64,000 bases of DNA from an uncultured Nitrososphaeraceae archaeon (GCA_964439995.1 CAYTQD010000002.1:1567-65566), one strand, 5' to 3'; counted from the stretch's first letter, positions 21,000 to 31,525 are shown. Notes: generated by a model from the sequence alone, not told the origin. Translations and numbers: made by a program.

Positions 21000-22064
21000 A
21001 TGGAGGAATTAACTCGGACGATCAGTAAGCTAGTATCCAGAGAGGATCTCCATGATGATGAAATTAGCTATGTAATGAATTTAATATTGCGAGGGGGGGT
21101 ATCTGAAGCTTCTATCGCATCTTTCCTAGTAGCGCTTAGGATGAAGGGGGAAACAGCTCATGAGCTAAATATAATCGTACGAACACTAAAGCATCACGCG
21201 ACTAAGGTTACCCCAAAAATTCACGGATTCTTGATTGATACTTGCGGAACCGGTGGTGGTAAACTAAATACGTTCAACATTAGCACGGCTTCTGCAATTA
21301 TCGCAAGTTCGTCTGGAGCTAAGGTAGCAAAACATGGCAATAGGTCAGCCTCTGGGGTCTGTGGGAGCGCTGACTTTATGGAATATCTAGGACTCAACTT
21401 AGATGCTCCAGCGGCAGAAGTTGTTAAAGCAATAGAGGAAACAGGGTTTGGTTTTCTATATGCTCCAAAGTTCCAACCTGCTATGCAAAATGTCGTATCT
21501 GCTAGGAAATTAATAGGAATCAGAAGTGTATTTAATATTATTGGTCCTTTGACCAATCCATGTACTAACCTGACTGGTCAACTAATAGGAGTTCCCGACC
21601 CACAAATAATCGAGACTTTGGCTCTTGCTTTGAACGAGACAGGTCTGAAAGACATAATACTAGTTAATCCAAAGGATGGCCTGGATGAGCTTTCCACTAC
21701 TTGCGAAAATAATATTACTTGGATAGCTGGAAATGAAACTAAACACATTAAACTTCATCCAAGAGAATTGGGGTTAGAGCCAACCAAATTAGAAACCCTG
21801 GCAGTACATTCGAAGGAAGAATCGATACGAGATACTCTAAGGGTGATATGTGGCAAGGCTGACAGACACAAGCAGGAAATCGCAATTTTGAACGCATCGG
21901 CAGCGTTGGTTATCGGACACGTGGCTACGAACTTTAAAGAAGGAATTCAGATTGCACGCGATGCCATAAAAGATGGTAGGGCCCAGAAACAGCTCTCCGA
22001 ATACATACGGCGTTGCGGGCAGAAGCAAGCATTAGTTAATGCCGAAAGAAAACTCCTCGACTAA
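21000..22064 (+). CDS. trpD: Anthranilate phosphoribosyltransferase
   Basis: DTCGTGG, NIST, KHGNR, GSAD, GPLTNP and DGLDE motifs. Confidence 0.97.
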   Translation: MEELTRTISKLVSREDLHDDEISYVMNLILRGGVSEASIASFLVALRMKGETAHELNIIVRTLKHHATKVTPKIHGFLIDTCGTGGGKLNTFNISTASAIIASSSGAKVAKHGNRSASGVCGSADFMEYLGLNLDAPAAEVVKAIEETGFGFLYAPKFQPAMQNVVSARKLIGIRSVFNIIGPLTNPCTNLTGQLIGVPDPQIIETLALALNETGLKDIILVNPKDGLDELSTTCENNITWIAGNETKHIKLHPRELGLEPTKLETLAVHSKEESIRDTLRVICGKADRHKQEIAILNASAALVIGHVATNFKEGIQIARDAIKDGRAQKQLSEYIRRCGQKQALVNAERKLLD

Positions 22065-22188
22065 CTTTAGTTTCGGCTTCTCCAATTTCCTTAGAAGGCA
22101 GTCTTCGTCTTTATCCATAGACAACGACGATTCGGCTGTTATGATCACTGAATCTAAGAGGCCATAACAATATTTATCTCATGATTGA

Positions 22189-22788
22189 CTATTCAGATAT
22201 TTTAAGTCCTAGACATACCAGATAAAGTTCACTGCTTAGCCTCCTGCTGGATTTAGGCTTTGTTAGACGGACTTTATCGAAGTAATTCTCAGTTTCTTTC
22301 TTGAAAGCATATAATAATTCTCCTTCAAAAACCTTAAGAACTGCGCTGCCACCCCCTACAAGTATTTGTGTCGCAAGGTGTAGGCTACTCTTACTCAAGG
22401 AAATCTGTCTAGCATGATCTATGCTCCATAGGCCGCTGATCTTAGGTGAAGCGTCTGATAAGAGAACATTCGCCTTACCACGAAGGGTTTTGATGAGCAG
22501 ATCAATTGTTTGAATATTCTCAATATCACCCTGTATGACAGTCACTCCATCTAGCTGTGCAACTGGTTCAATATCTATCCCTATTACCATTCCACTCTGA
22601 GCTACCGCTGTTCTCGCTACTTGAAGCCATCCTCCAGGTGCACATCCTACGTCTACTACAGTATTTCCCGGCTTTAATATGTGGTACGATTCATTAAGGT
22701 GAATTAGCTTGTATGCAGATCTACTTCTGTAACCTTTAACACGTGATAATTTTCTGTAATAGTCCCTTTTTGCGTCACTTAACTTCAT
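22189..22788 (-). CDS. rlmE: 23S rRNA 2'-O-methyltransferase RlmE
   Basis: YRSRSAYKL, DVGCAPGGW, LSDASP and KP.SSR..SSELY motifs. Confidence 0.96.
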   Translation of the reverse strand: MKLSDAKRDYYRKLSRVKGYRSRSAYKLIHLNESYHILKPGNTVVDVGCAPGGWLQVARTAVAQSGMVIGIDIEPVAQLDGVTVIQGDIENIQTIDLLIKTLRGKANVLLSDASPKISGLWSIDHARQISLSKSSLHLATQILVGGGSAVLKVFEGELLYAFKKETENYFDKVRLTKPKSSRRLSSELYLVCLGLKISE

Positions 22789-23306
22789 GAGATAATATTA
22801 AAGCATTCACATGTTATTTTTTTTGCCCTAGGACCCTCTTTGGTTTTTACGACTCAGGACTTCAACCATATTTTAATTTTGGGTTTTTTGATTATACTCA
22901 GACAAGTATGTCACTTCTATTTGGTCTCCCAGCTCGATTTACGCATTTTCGACGATTTTCTTGTTTGTGTTATGTCAACCAAGGCTGTAATTTAATCCCT
23001 AAGCAACTAGATGCGCTTGACTGGTAGACTGGCAAAGCGCCGATCCACTCTAACTCATATTAATCGGCATCTTGACAGGAAAAAGCCGGCGATAGTTTTC
23101 AAAAGTTATTACTCGCTTAACGAGGGATCGTTTCTCTAAGGGGTTAGCCCCCATGGAGCCATTTCTTATATATACATGCATCTACTTTCAGAACCTAGAG
23201 CTGACGATCTCTCGTTATTGGTTAATTCTCCCCTTTCAAATCCTCAGTACATGCCCTTTCGAGTCTAGTTAACTAGCGATTAGTCGTTCTGCAGCAGATA
23301 GTTCGA

Positions 23307-24812
23307 TCAGGTCATTCCGAAGATTTTTTCGAAATACTCGGACTGTTCGTGGCTGAATTCAGACGCTTCTCCTTCCTGAATACTTGCCAGATCCTTGGCT
23401 AACTTTTTCTTGTACTCTATTTGCATTTGGCGAGCGATCTGAATTCTCTGAGCCTGCGGTGACCCTGCGCCGTGCATAGATTCAGTAAGGTATCCTACAG
23501 CGTTCCTCCCCAAGGTCATATTTTCAATCAGTCTCAGTATCCTTACTCGATTTTCGGTCGACACCCCCTTTCTCCCCTTTAGATACCTATCTAACAGAGG
23601 GCCTGTCTCTGGGCTTCTGAAATCTCTTTCTGATGGCATTGTTACCATCAACCCTCCTGCAATGTCTTGTGCCAGTCTGCCTATCTCATAGGGAAATCTG
23701 GTGACATTATGCTTACATACATTTGCCAGCATATCGTCGTTCTGATAATTGCCAGCTGAAGTCTTACGGGCTTGGTAAGAGGAAGCAATACCTGCAGCAA
23801 ATATCGTTTCATTAAGATGGGTCATTTCGACAAGTTTATCCTTAATGTGCGACGCATTGGCTACCCCGTTATAATCCGCTATAGCCGCTGCAGCGCCGAC
23901 CAAGACATCTCCTAGACCTGTTTTGCAAACGTAACTCCTTCTGTGATAACACGTAAAACGTTCTACCAGCATAGACGCAAATTCAACTTCGCCATCCATG
24001 AAGATTAGTTCATTTGGAATGAAGACATTGTCAAAGATAATCATCGCTTCCTGTCCTGAGAATTTTGCATTACCGCTGTCCAAATCTCCTGCCTCCATAC
24101 TTCTGGTATCACAAGACTGCCTGCCATAGATGTATGTTATACCGTCAGCGTCGGCCGGTACAGCACCAACAGTAGCATAATCTTTGTCTTCTTGTCTTAG
24201 CCGCATAGTAGGCATTACGGTTATCCAGTGCGAATTAATGCAGCCCGTTTGGTGTGCTTTTGCACCGCTGATGTAAACCCCATTTTCATCCCGCTTTACA
24301 ACATGGACGAAAAGATCTGGATCTGCTTGCTGAGAAGGTGAGAGGCTTCGATCTCCTTTAACATCTGTCATTGCACCTCCGATGACTAGATTCTCAGTCT
24401 GGATCTTTTTTATGAAGTCTACGAGACGTTGATGATAGGTAGTACCATATTTGCGATCTATTTCAAAGGTCGTAGAATAGAGAGAGTTGAGTGCATCCAT
24501 TCCTACACAACGTTGAAAACAGGTACCTGTTAGCTGCCCAAGCTTTCTCTGCATCCTGTTCTGGTTTACTAGGTCTTCTGCGCTTTCAGCTATGTGAAGA
24601 AACCTATTCACTTTCCGACCCGTAAGAGAAGAACGGGAAGACGCGATTTCTGGTTCGTTGTTTGCAATATCGTACGTTTCTGCGACTGCGTTAATGGACG
24701 GCCTAATCATTGGATGGTCAACGGGCTCCCTTATGAGTTCCCCAAACAAATATACCTTGAGATTTCTCCCTCTGAGGCTTTCAATATATTCAGCCCCATT
24801 TGTTATAGGCAT
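23307..24812 (-). CDS. abfD: 4-hydroxybutyryl-CoA dehydratase (3HP/4HB carbon fixation cycle)
   Basis: TCFQRCVG, AMTDVKGDR, GAKAHQTG, YHRRSYVCK and ESMHGAGSPQAQR motifs. Confidence 0.96.
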   Translation of the reverse strand: MPITNGAEYIESLRGRNLKVYLFGELIREPVDHPMIRPSINAVAETYDIANNEPEIASSRSSLTGRKVNRFLHIAESAEDLVNQNRMQRKLGQLTGTCFQRCVGMDALNSLYSTTFEIDRKYGTTYHQRLVDFIKKIQTENLVIGGAMTDVKGDRSLSPSQQADPDLFVHVVKRDENGVYISGAKAHQTGCINSHWITVMPTMRLRQEDKDYATVGAVPADADGITYIYGRQSCDTRSMEAGDLDSGNAKFSGQEAMIIFDNVFIPNELIFMDGEVEFASMLVERFTCYHRRSYVCKTGLGDVLVGAAAAIADYNGVANASHIKDKLVEMTHLNETIFAAGIASSYQARKTSAGNYQNDDMLANVCKHNVTRFPYEIGRLAQDIAGGLMVTMPSERDFRSPETGPLLDRYLKGRKGVSTENRVRILRLIENMTLGRNAVGYLTESMHGAGSPQAQRIQIARQMQIEYKKKLAKDLASIQEGEASEFSHEQSEYFEKIFGMT

Positions 24813-25046
24813 AATAAGTCAATATAACGGCGATATTATTTATATCTTCTTAGAAGTAATTACGCGAATTATTATTTTGTATGTGGTTTGAAATAAATTG
24901 GTTGCACCTCGATATATAGTAAGTAGCATAGAAGGATATGTCTTTCAAGAGCTTCCCCAGTATCGAACTGCCACATCTTGCTGCTCAATTCTTCTAGAAT
25001 GTTTATATTCATAATCTTTTTTATAACCTATCTTTCCTTAAATTAC

Positions 25047-25583
25047 ATGAGCAAGAAGAACTTAGACTTAACCAAGATAATCAAAACCTTCCACGACTTT
25101 CCGAAGAGAGGTATTTTATTCAGAGACATAGGTCCTGTTTTTGTTGACCATGCCGCATTAGAGTACGTATCTGAAGAATTCAGCCGCCGGATATCAGAAT
25201 CCACTGTTGACTATATTGTCGGAATAGAATCGAGAGGATTTATTGTTGCTACAGCCTTGGCATTGGTTATCCGTAAGGGACTAATTCTGGTTAGGAAAGC
25301 CGGGAAGCTTCCAGGCCACACTCTGAAACAATCGTACGAAATTGAGTATGGTAATTCAACAATAGAGATCCAAGAGGATGCAATCAGTAAAGGCCAACGG
25401 GTGATAATAGCAGATGATCTTGTTGCCACTGGCGGAACGGCGATGGCAGCGGAACGTCTAGTAACTCAATTAGGAGGGAAGGTAACTGGATTCGCCTTTG
25501 TCATAGAATTAGCAAACCTAGGCGGTGCGAACAAGATTAGAGAGCAGGGATACGAAGTCCACTCTCTGGTGATCTACCAATGA
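25047..25583 (+). CDS. apt: Adenine phosphoribosyltransferase (start moved to ATG 25047)
   Basis: DFPKRGILFRDI, IESRGF, RKAGKLP and DDLVATGGT motifs. Confidence 0.96.
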   Translation: MSKKNLDLTKIIKTFHDFPKRGILFRDIGPVFVDHAALEYVSEEFSRRISESTVDYIVGIESRGFIVATALALVIRKGLILVRKAGKLPGHTLKQSYEIEYGNSTIEIQEDAISKGQRVIIADDLVATGGTAMAAERLVTQLGGKVTGFAFVIELANLGGANKIREQGYEVHSLVIYQ

Positions 25584-26377
25584 GAAAGAAGCATCGTATC
25601 GCAATCATAGGGGGCACTGGCTTAGATGATCCTAACTTTTTCAAAAACTCTAGGCAGGTTAAGATAAATACTCCTTACGGAGTAACTTCTGACCTTATAA
25701 CCCTTGGCAATTATTCAGGAACCCCAGTTGCTTTTATTCCAAGGCACGGCAGAAAACATACAATACCTCCACATAAGATAAACAGCCGCGCGAACATCTG
25801 GGCCCTAAAAGAACTTGGTGTGACCAGAATTCTATCCCCTTCAGTGGTGGGGAGCTTGAATGAAGACTTTAAGCCAGGCGATATCGTGGTCTCTGATCAG
25901 TTCATCGATTTTACAAAAAAAAGGGATTATACATACTTCGATGGTGGACAACTTTGTCACATATCTATGGATGATCCCTTCTGTCCGGAATTAAGACGAA
26001 TTGCAATATCATGTACTAAAGCGCTGAATTATGAGATTCATGGATCCGGAACCTATCTTTGCATAGAAGGACCAAGATTTTCTACTAGAGCAGAATCTCT
26101 ATTTTTCAAAGGAACTCTAAAGGCCGACGTAATAGGAATGACACTTGTACCGGAGTGTGTCCTAGCCAGAGAAGCGGAGTTATGTTACGTCTCAATTGCA
26201 ATGATTACAGACTATGACGTGTGGTCTGATTCGACTGTAAGCACTAAAACGGTGTTAGAGATACAACGCAGGAACATAGAGAGAACAAAAAATATAGTAG
26301 TAGAAGTCGCTTGTAACGTTCCAATGGAGAGAGACATATGCAATTGTTCCAACGCGTTGGATGGCGCTCTAATATGA
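25580..26377 (+). CDS. mtnP: S-methyl-5'-thioadenosine phosphorylase
   Basis: IIGGTG, PRHG..H, EGPRFSTRAES, GMT..PE and TDYD motifs. Confidence 0.95.
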   Translation: MRKKHRIAIIGGTGLDDPNFFKNSRQVKINTPYGVTSDLITLGNYSGTPVAFIPRHGRKHTIPPHKINSRANIWALKELGVTRILSPSVVGSLNEDFKPGDIVVSDQFIDFTKKRDYTYFDGGQLCHISMDDPFCPELRRIAISCTKALNYEIHGSGTYLCIEGPRFSTRAESLFFKGTLKADVIGMTLVPECVLAREAELCYVSIAMITDYDVWSDSTVSTKTVLEIQRRNIERTKNIVVEVACNVPMERDICNCSNALDGALI

Positions 26378-26692
26378 ATAATCAGGCTTAATATTATCGC
26401 TAGGTTTCAATATCGAGACGTCCCCCTCGATTAATTTTCTTTGAACCTTGAGTGCTACTCCCTCAGGATCGATCTGCATTTTCCTTATGGCTACCAATAC
26501 CTTCTTAGGAATAGAAAGACCTATGTTATGCCCTCCTATCCTACCAAATGCAACTGCCCGGAATCTAAAAATTTTCTCGCCGTTAATTACAAAATACCCA
26601 GAAAGCTTACTTGCAATCTCTGTTCCTACTACATTATTAACGTAAACGTCAATTGAAAAATCTTCTAAATTTTCATCAAACGCCGAGCTCAT
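26369..26692 (-). CDS. Hypothetical protein (start probably ATG 26692)
   Basis: ATGA overlap with the upstream gene's stop; FRAVAFGRIGGHN core. Confidence 0.7.
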   Translation of the reverse strand: MSSAFDENLEDFSIDVYVNNVVGTEIASKLSGYFVINGEKIFRFRAVAFGRIGGHNIGLSIPKKVLVAIRKMQIDPEGVALKVQRKLIEGDVSILKPSDNIKPDYSY

Positions 26693-27102
26693 CTTACATT
26701 TTGTTCCTCCGTTATCTCTACATTGCGATTTACATTTTTCTCTACCAGGAACGACCACCACTCCGGATCAATAATCCTATGGTTTTCTACTTCTACCATA
26801 ACAATCTTATTCTCAAGGACCAAAAACTGAAATTTACCATGGTTTATCAGCTTTACCAATTTCCAGCGGTCTTGTCCTCTAATTCTCCTGCTAATTGCTA
26901 CTGCCCATTTTTTGCCTTCGCCTATACTGGGCATGCCGATATGTTCAGCTATATCTAGTACTCCTAACCTTTTTTCCTCACATAATAATTCCTTGGTTAT
27001 TACATTTCGCCATATGTCTACTGCGCCTATAGTCCTCTGATTCTCATTGATATTTATCACTCCGAAATAGACTACTTTTAACTCGCTATCACTTTGTGAC
27101 AT
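26689..27102 (-). CDS. Hypothetical protein
   Basis: 137-aa ORF tightly packed between co-oriented neighbours. Confidence 0.75.
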   Translation of the reverse strand: MSQSDSELKVVYFGVININENQRTIGAVDIWRNVITKELLCEEKRLGVLDIAEHIGMPSIGEGKKWAVAISRRIRGQDRWKLVKLINHGKFQFLVLENKIVMVEVENHRIIDPEWWSFLVEKNVNRNVEITEEQNVR

Positions 27103-27130
27103 TAGCTAATACAGTAATAGCCTGCGGAGA

Positions 27131-27490
27131 TTATTTAGTCCTTGCATTTTCATAATAACCCTCCAACATGACCGCAAGATTGTCTACTACACTATTTCTT
27201 CTAAATTCTATATTCTCCTCTTCACAAAATATTTTGTACCTGTTCGATGTTGCAAATTTTGGATGTAGCGCCTCATATTCGTCCGGCGATATTTTAATTA
27301 TCATCCCCTTTTTCAATAGAGAATCAGCAGCTTCTTGTGCCTCGTTCGTAGTTATCTGCAAAGCATTACAAATCCGGCTTGGTGTCATCTTACCACTTTT
27401 CACTATGTAAATGAAGGTTTTTGACTCATTAGTTGTAAGCTTAAGTGCTGATCTTAGAACCTTGTCTAGGTTGTTGTTATTAACAGACAA
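27131..27490 (-). CDS. TrmB-like winged-HTH protein
   Basis: LTTNESKTF...SL.KKGMI...YEALHP pattern. Confidence 0.75.
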   Translation of the reverse strand: MSVNNNNLDKVLRSALKLTTNESKTFIYIVKSGKMTPSRICNALQITTNEAQEAADSLLKKGMIIKISPDEYEALHPKFATSNRYKIFCEEENIEFRRNSVVDNLAVMLEGYYENARTK

Positions 27491-27573
27491 TAGAGGTATT
27501 CACTAGAGGTGTTTCTTTAAGATAGATCTGAATGAATCTAATGTCTGCAAAATAGTAATATGCATTGGACCCT

Positions 27574-28794
27574 CTAACCACGCAACAACCAAGGTCCAGC
27601 GATAAGCATAATTATCATAGCTATAATAATAATATTCATAGCACTATTCACAGTCGATGGATTAAGTTTTCGTCCCTTAAACCTTAACTTCGTCTCAACA
27701 AGAGTCCCATATAGCTGCCCACCATCAAGCGGACCGATAGGAAGTGCATTGAATATCCCAACATTAAAGTTGACAAACCATAACCAAAAAAGTAGATTAG
27801 CTATCACTGGGAAATAAGATCCAAATAAAGCTGATTCATATTTTGGTACCATAGATTCAGAAAAAGGTATTGTGTCGACAGTGGTCGGTAGGGTCGGGGG
27901 AGCAAGCAGAAGGACATAATTTCTCGGATCAAGGAAAGCGTTCCTGTAGATATCTAATGCTACAGAAGGAGGAGGAATAGGAGTGACCCCTAGTCGACCT
28001 TCATCATTTAGACCAGATTTAGTCAAAACATTTCCATCTTTGTCCTTCCATATTACTTCAATGTCCTCTCCCTCGCTCGATTGAATAACTTTTCTTATGT
28101 CATTGACATTTACTACTTCCTGTCCATCTATGAATTGTATTTCAGAACCTTGCGTGATACCTAGCTGTTCAGCGAGGGACCCAGGTTCAACATATACGAT
28201 CTTTGCGCTGGGGCTTTCGTCAAATTCAGGTAACGGACTGAGAGTAGACACAACGAGGTAAAGAGCAATTAATGATGCCGCGGCTAATATCATGTTGTTG
28301 AGTGGGCCAGCAGTTAAGATTGAAATTTTGCTCTTGAGAGAAGTCTTTTCTAATTCTTCTCTCTGAATATTTACAAATGCTCCAATCGGAATTATCAAAA
28401 AAAATACTAAGCCTGTGGAGTCCACCTTAGCGTTATGAACTCTAGCCACTATTCCGTGTCCAGCTTCGTGGATAGTTATCGTAACCACAAGAGCTACCAA
28501 GCCATAGCCTACAGGAAGCAATGGATTTAGGCCTGGGATCAATAAATTTGCCTGTGGGCCGATATCACGGACTCCTTCTCTTGCCTCAGAGCTAGAGAGC
28601 AAACTAGTTAGGGCGATGAAGAAAAGTACAATTGCCAACGCTGTTATCAGTGGCATAAGAAACGTGCTGAACTCGGAGTAGATTCGAGCAATTCTAGTTT
28701 TAGATACTTTATCGAAGAATGTCAAGCCATACGGTGTATGAATAAGAAATAAAACAAATTTCCTTTCCACACGAAACTTATTCTGCTGCTGCAA
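27574..28794 (-). CDS. Site-2 protease (M50) with PDZ domain
   Basis: HEAGH, AGPLNN and NALPIGPLDGG motifs; multiple TM segments. Confidence 0.95.
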   Translation of the reverse strand: MQQQNKFRVERKFVLFLIHTPYGLTFFDKVSKTRIARIYSEFSTFLMPLITALAIVLFFIALTSLLSSSEAREGVRDIGPQANLLIPGLNPLLPVGYGLVALVVTITIHEAGHGIVARVHNAKVDSTGLVFFLIIPIGAFVNIQREELEKTSLKSKISILTAGPLNNMILAAASLIALYLVVSTLSPLPEFDESPSAKIVYVEPGSLAEQLGITQGSEIQFIDGQEVVNVNDIRKVIQSSEGEDIEVIWKDKDGNVLTKSGLNDEGRLGVTPIPPPSVALDIYRNAFLDPRNYVLLLAPPTLPTTVDTIPFSESMVPKYESALFGSYFPVIANLLFWLWFVNFNVGIFNALPIGPLDGGQLYGTLVETKLRFKGRKLNPSTVNSAMNIIIIAMIIMLIAGPWLLRG

Positions 28795-28997
28795 CCTTAG
28801 CTAAGTTGTTGTGTTACTGTATTTAAATTAATCCACTGTTTAAGATCAAAACTGCAAGGTTAGACCAATATGGTAAAAGCTCTAAGCTGTAACCTAGGAA
28901 TATGATAGAATTGGGTGCATACACGATTCAAGTTTAAGTTACTAGTCTAAAATTCATCACTACTCTACTATATTAAGAAGGCCGTAAGTAACCTGAG

Positions 28998-29648
28998 TTG
29001 TTGTCGGGAGCAGCAACGATGGATAATGATCCAAAAAAAATTATAGCCAAACCACCGCTAAATTTACTATTTAACCCGACTTTTGTCAGGAGGAAGGATA
29101 TATGGAATGTTGATATTACAACCCTTTTAGAAATGCTTCTAGAAGTTATTAGCAAGGCTAATGATAAAGACTTGAGGGTATGTGGAATAGCGGCCCTTTC
29201 ATCAGCAATGATTCATAGAATAAAAGTTGAGAGTATATTTGATCTTGAAAGGATAGCTATGCAGCGCAAAGGTCTGGAATACCCAAAAGTATATCGGTCA
29301 ATACCTGAGCTTAAGCCAATTGAAGTGCCTTTTAGGATCGGATCACCTTATCCAGTATCTTTGACAGAATTGTTACTTGCTTTGGAAAATATAATCTCTG
29401 AACTAGCAAATCCGAAACAGAAAGAGGGACAGATCGATTTGGTATCTCATCCAGGATTCGATTTTGATCAATACCTAGTGAAGCTTGAGGAAATATTGAA
29501 ACAATATCAGGATCGAATTTTGTATTCACTTAAGAATCAAGGGTCGGAATTATTTAGGAATTTAATCGATGGTTTACAGCCTATAGAAATAGTTAGAACA
29601 TTCATGGCAGTTCTCTATTTGTGCAATAGCAATACGCTTGATATATAA
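28998..29648 (+). CDS. scpA: Segregation/condensation protein A (kleisin); C-terminus appears cut by a premature TAA
   Basis: DIWNVDI N-terminal kleisin motif, FMAVLYL winged helix, adjacent scpB; frame continues to TAG at 29696. Confidence 0.85.
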   Translation: MLSGAATMDNDPKKIIAKPPLNLLFNPTFVRRKDIWNVDITTLLEMLLEVISKANDKDLRVCGIAALSSAMIHRIKVESIFDLERIAMQRKGLEYPKVYRSIPELKPIEVPFRIGSPYPVSLTELLLALENIISELANPKQKEGQIDLVSHPGFDFDQYLVKLEEILKQYQDRILYSLKNQGSELFRNLIDGLQPIEIVRTFMAVLYLCNSNTLDI

Positions 29649-29718
29649 CAGAAAGAAGAAGTCGACGACATAAGATTGATCCTTAAAAGTACGTAGTTCG
29701 ATCTAGCGGGGTTTCTAC

Positions 29719-30234
29719 GTGACCACATATTTCTCTCACGATGAAATACGAGCAAGAATAGAGGCTGCCCTTTATTCAGCTGGAAGACCACTTACGCTAG
29801 ATGAACTAGTTAGAGCAAGTGGAACAAATTCTAAAAAGACACTAAAGATAATTCATGACCTTATGGAAAAAACAAACACCATTTTTAGGGCTTTAGAAAT
29901 TAACCAGTTGGAGGATAAGACTTTTGTATTTCAATTGAAACCTCAATATACCCCTATCATTAGAAGGTTTGCAAATCGGCCCATGGTTTCTGGTGGTGCC
30001 CTCAAGACGTTGTCGTACGTAACCTATGAACAACCCGTTCTATCAAAAAGGCTAGCTCATATTAGGGGAAGTCAAGTTTATTCTCATCTAAAGGAACTCG
30101 AACGTCTCGGATTCATCCAATACGAGAAGATGGGGAGACTAAAAATCTTCAAGACAAGTAAAAAATTCGAAGATTATTTCGGTATAGATGATGTCGACAA
30201 TTTAAAGGGCAAGCTTTTGGATAATAATAATTAG
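29719..30234 (+). CDS. scpB: SMC-Scp complex subunit ScpB
   Basis: IEAALY..GRPL, LKTLSY.TYEQP, IRG and F..YFG motifs. Confidence 0.93.
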   Translation: MTTYFSHDEIRARIEAALYSAGRPLTLDELVRASGTNSKKTLKIIHDLMEKTNTIFRALEINQLEDKTFVFQLKPQYTPIIRRFANRPMVSGGALKTLSYVTYEQPVLSKRLAHIRGSQVYSHLKELERLGFIQYEKMGRLKIFKTSKKFEDYFGIDDVDNLKGKLLDNNN

Positions 30235-30285
30235 CTATAATTATAATAGAAGCATTAATAATAATGATGAGGTCATTAGATTTAC

Positions 30286-30672
30286 ATGCGTAAATCTATA
30301 GAAAACTTATCCAAGCGAAAATATACTGGTGGTCGTAAAGTAGCTCTGAGAGGGAGACGGAAGTTTGAAGTCGATAGATATCCTAATGAAGCTGTATTAG
30401 GCAATAAATCCATAACAAAGAGACGCGTAAGAGGTAACAATAAAAAGACAGCCCTGAAATATGGTGACTCCGTTAATATTGCCGACCCCGTATCGAAGAC
30501 GACGACAAACTCTAAGATATTGCAGGTCGTTAAGAATCCTGCCAATAAGGACTACGAAAGAAGAGGAGTAATTAGCAAGGGAGCCATCGTGGAGACATCC
30601 TCTGGTACTGCGAGAGTAATCTCTAGGCCTGGACAAGATGGTTGTATTAACGCAATGCTCTTAAACCGCTAA
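30286..30672 (+). CDS. rps8e: 30S ribosomal protein S8e
   Basis: KRKYTGG, RVRGNN.K, NPAN and SRPGQDG motifs. Confidence 0.97.
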   Translation: MRKSIENLSKRKYTGGRKVALRGRRKFEVDRYPNEAVLGNKSITKRRVRGNNKKTALKYGDSVNIADPVSKTTTNSKILQVVKNPANKDYERRGVISKGAIVETSSGTARVISRPGQDGCINAMLLNR

Positions 30673-30729
30673 TCTCGCACCTGTTATCGTTAGCCCTCTA
30701 GAATGTGACCTTATTTTGAATTCCCCGAT

Positions 30730-31518
30730 ATGTTAGAGGTTCGTCCACTATACCCAGATCCTGTGTTACTGGTAGATAGTAAATCAAATAAACAGAATAG
30801 AAGATTTATCGTGGCGAGTGATCTTCATATAGGCTCTGAAACCTACGGTGTCATGACAGGGATTTCCCTAAGTAGTAAAGTCATTAGTGAAGATATTTCC
30901 AAATATTTCCTTAAATTAGTTAGTTCAACGAACGCTGATGGAGTAATATTACTCGGAGATCTCAAATCGAGCATTTCGCATATAACACAATTTGAAAGAG
31001 ATAATATACCTAAGGTTTTAAGCTCTATTTCAAAGTATTCAGATGTATATCTTATACCAGGGAATCATGACAGTTTCATTAATTACGTAGTACCGAAGAA
31101 CGTTAATCTTGTTTCTTCTGGTGGGATCATATTAAGAGATGTCCTCTTAATGCACGGACACACTATGCCGTCCATGACAAGGTCTCATGTCAAAAGGATC
31201 GTAATGGGCCATATTCATCCCATTCTTCTAAAGCCTAACAACATTGCGAATGGACAAAGAGTGTGGGTATACATGAAGGTTCGAAAAGAAGCGGTTTTTC
31301 CTTATTGTGCCGGTTTTCTAGAAATAATAATAATGCCCTCCTTTTATACTAGTCCCACACCATCTCGATATAACATACGTATGTCTATGCCACCTATAAT
31401 CGAGAGAGTCTTCAAGAACAGTGCTGTTGAAGAGATACTGCTACTTACATTGGACGGTTCTGTGGTTGGCGATACTTCATCTTTGGAGGGATTGCTATTC
31501 AATTGTGCCAGGAATTAG
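30730..31518 (+). CDS. Calcineurin-like metallophosphoesterase
   Basis: DLHIG, GD, GNHD, HGH and GHIHP motifs. Confidence 0.92.
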   Translation: MLEVRPLYPDPVLLVDSKSNKQNRRFIVASDLHIGSETYGVMTGISLSSKVISEDISKYFLKLVSSTNADGVILLGDLKSSISHITQFERDNIPKVLSSISKYSDVYLIPGNHDSFINYVVPKNVNLVSSGGIILRDVLLMHGHTMPSMTRSHVKRIVMGHIHPILLKPNNIANGQRVWVYMKVRKEAVFPYCAGFLEIIIMPSFYTSPTPSRYNIRMSMPPIIERVFKNSAVEEILLLTLDGSVVGDTSSLEGLLFNCARN

Positions 31519-31525
31519 GCCTATA

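Noticed and set aside
22790-23300. RNase P RNA, SRP RNA or tRNA in the long intergenic gap
   Set aside because: No RNase P GAGGAA/P4 signature, SRP helix-8 motif or tRNA T-arm found by eye
29640-29696. Second BHB intron explaining the scpA stop or the DPCK frameshift
   Set aside because: No extra inserted sequence or 4-bp helix with flanking bulges at either site
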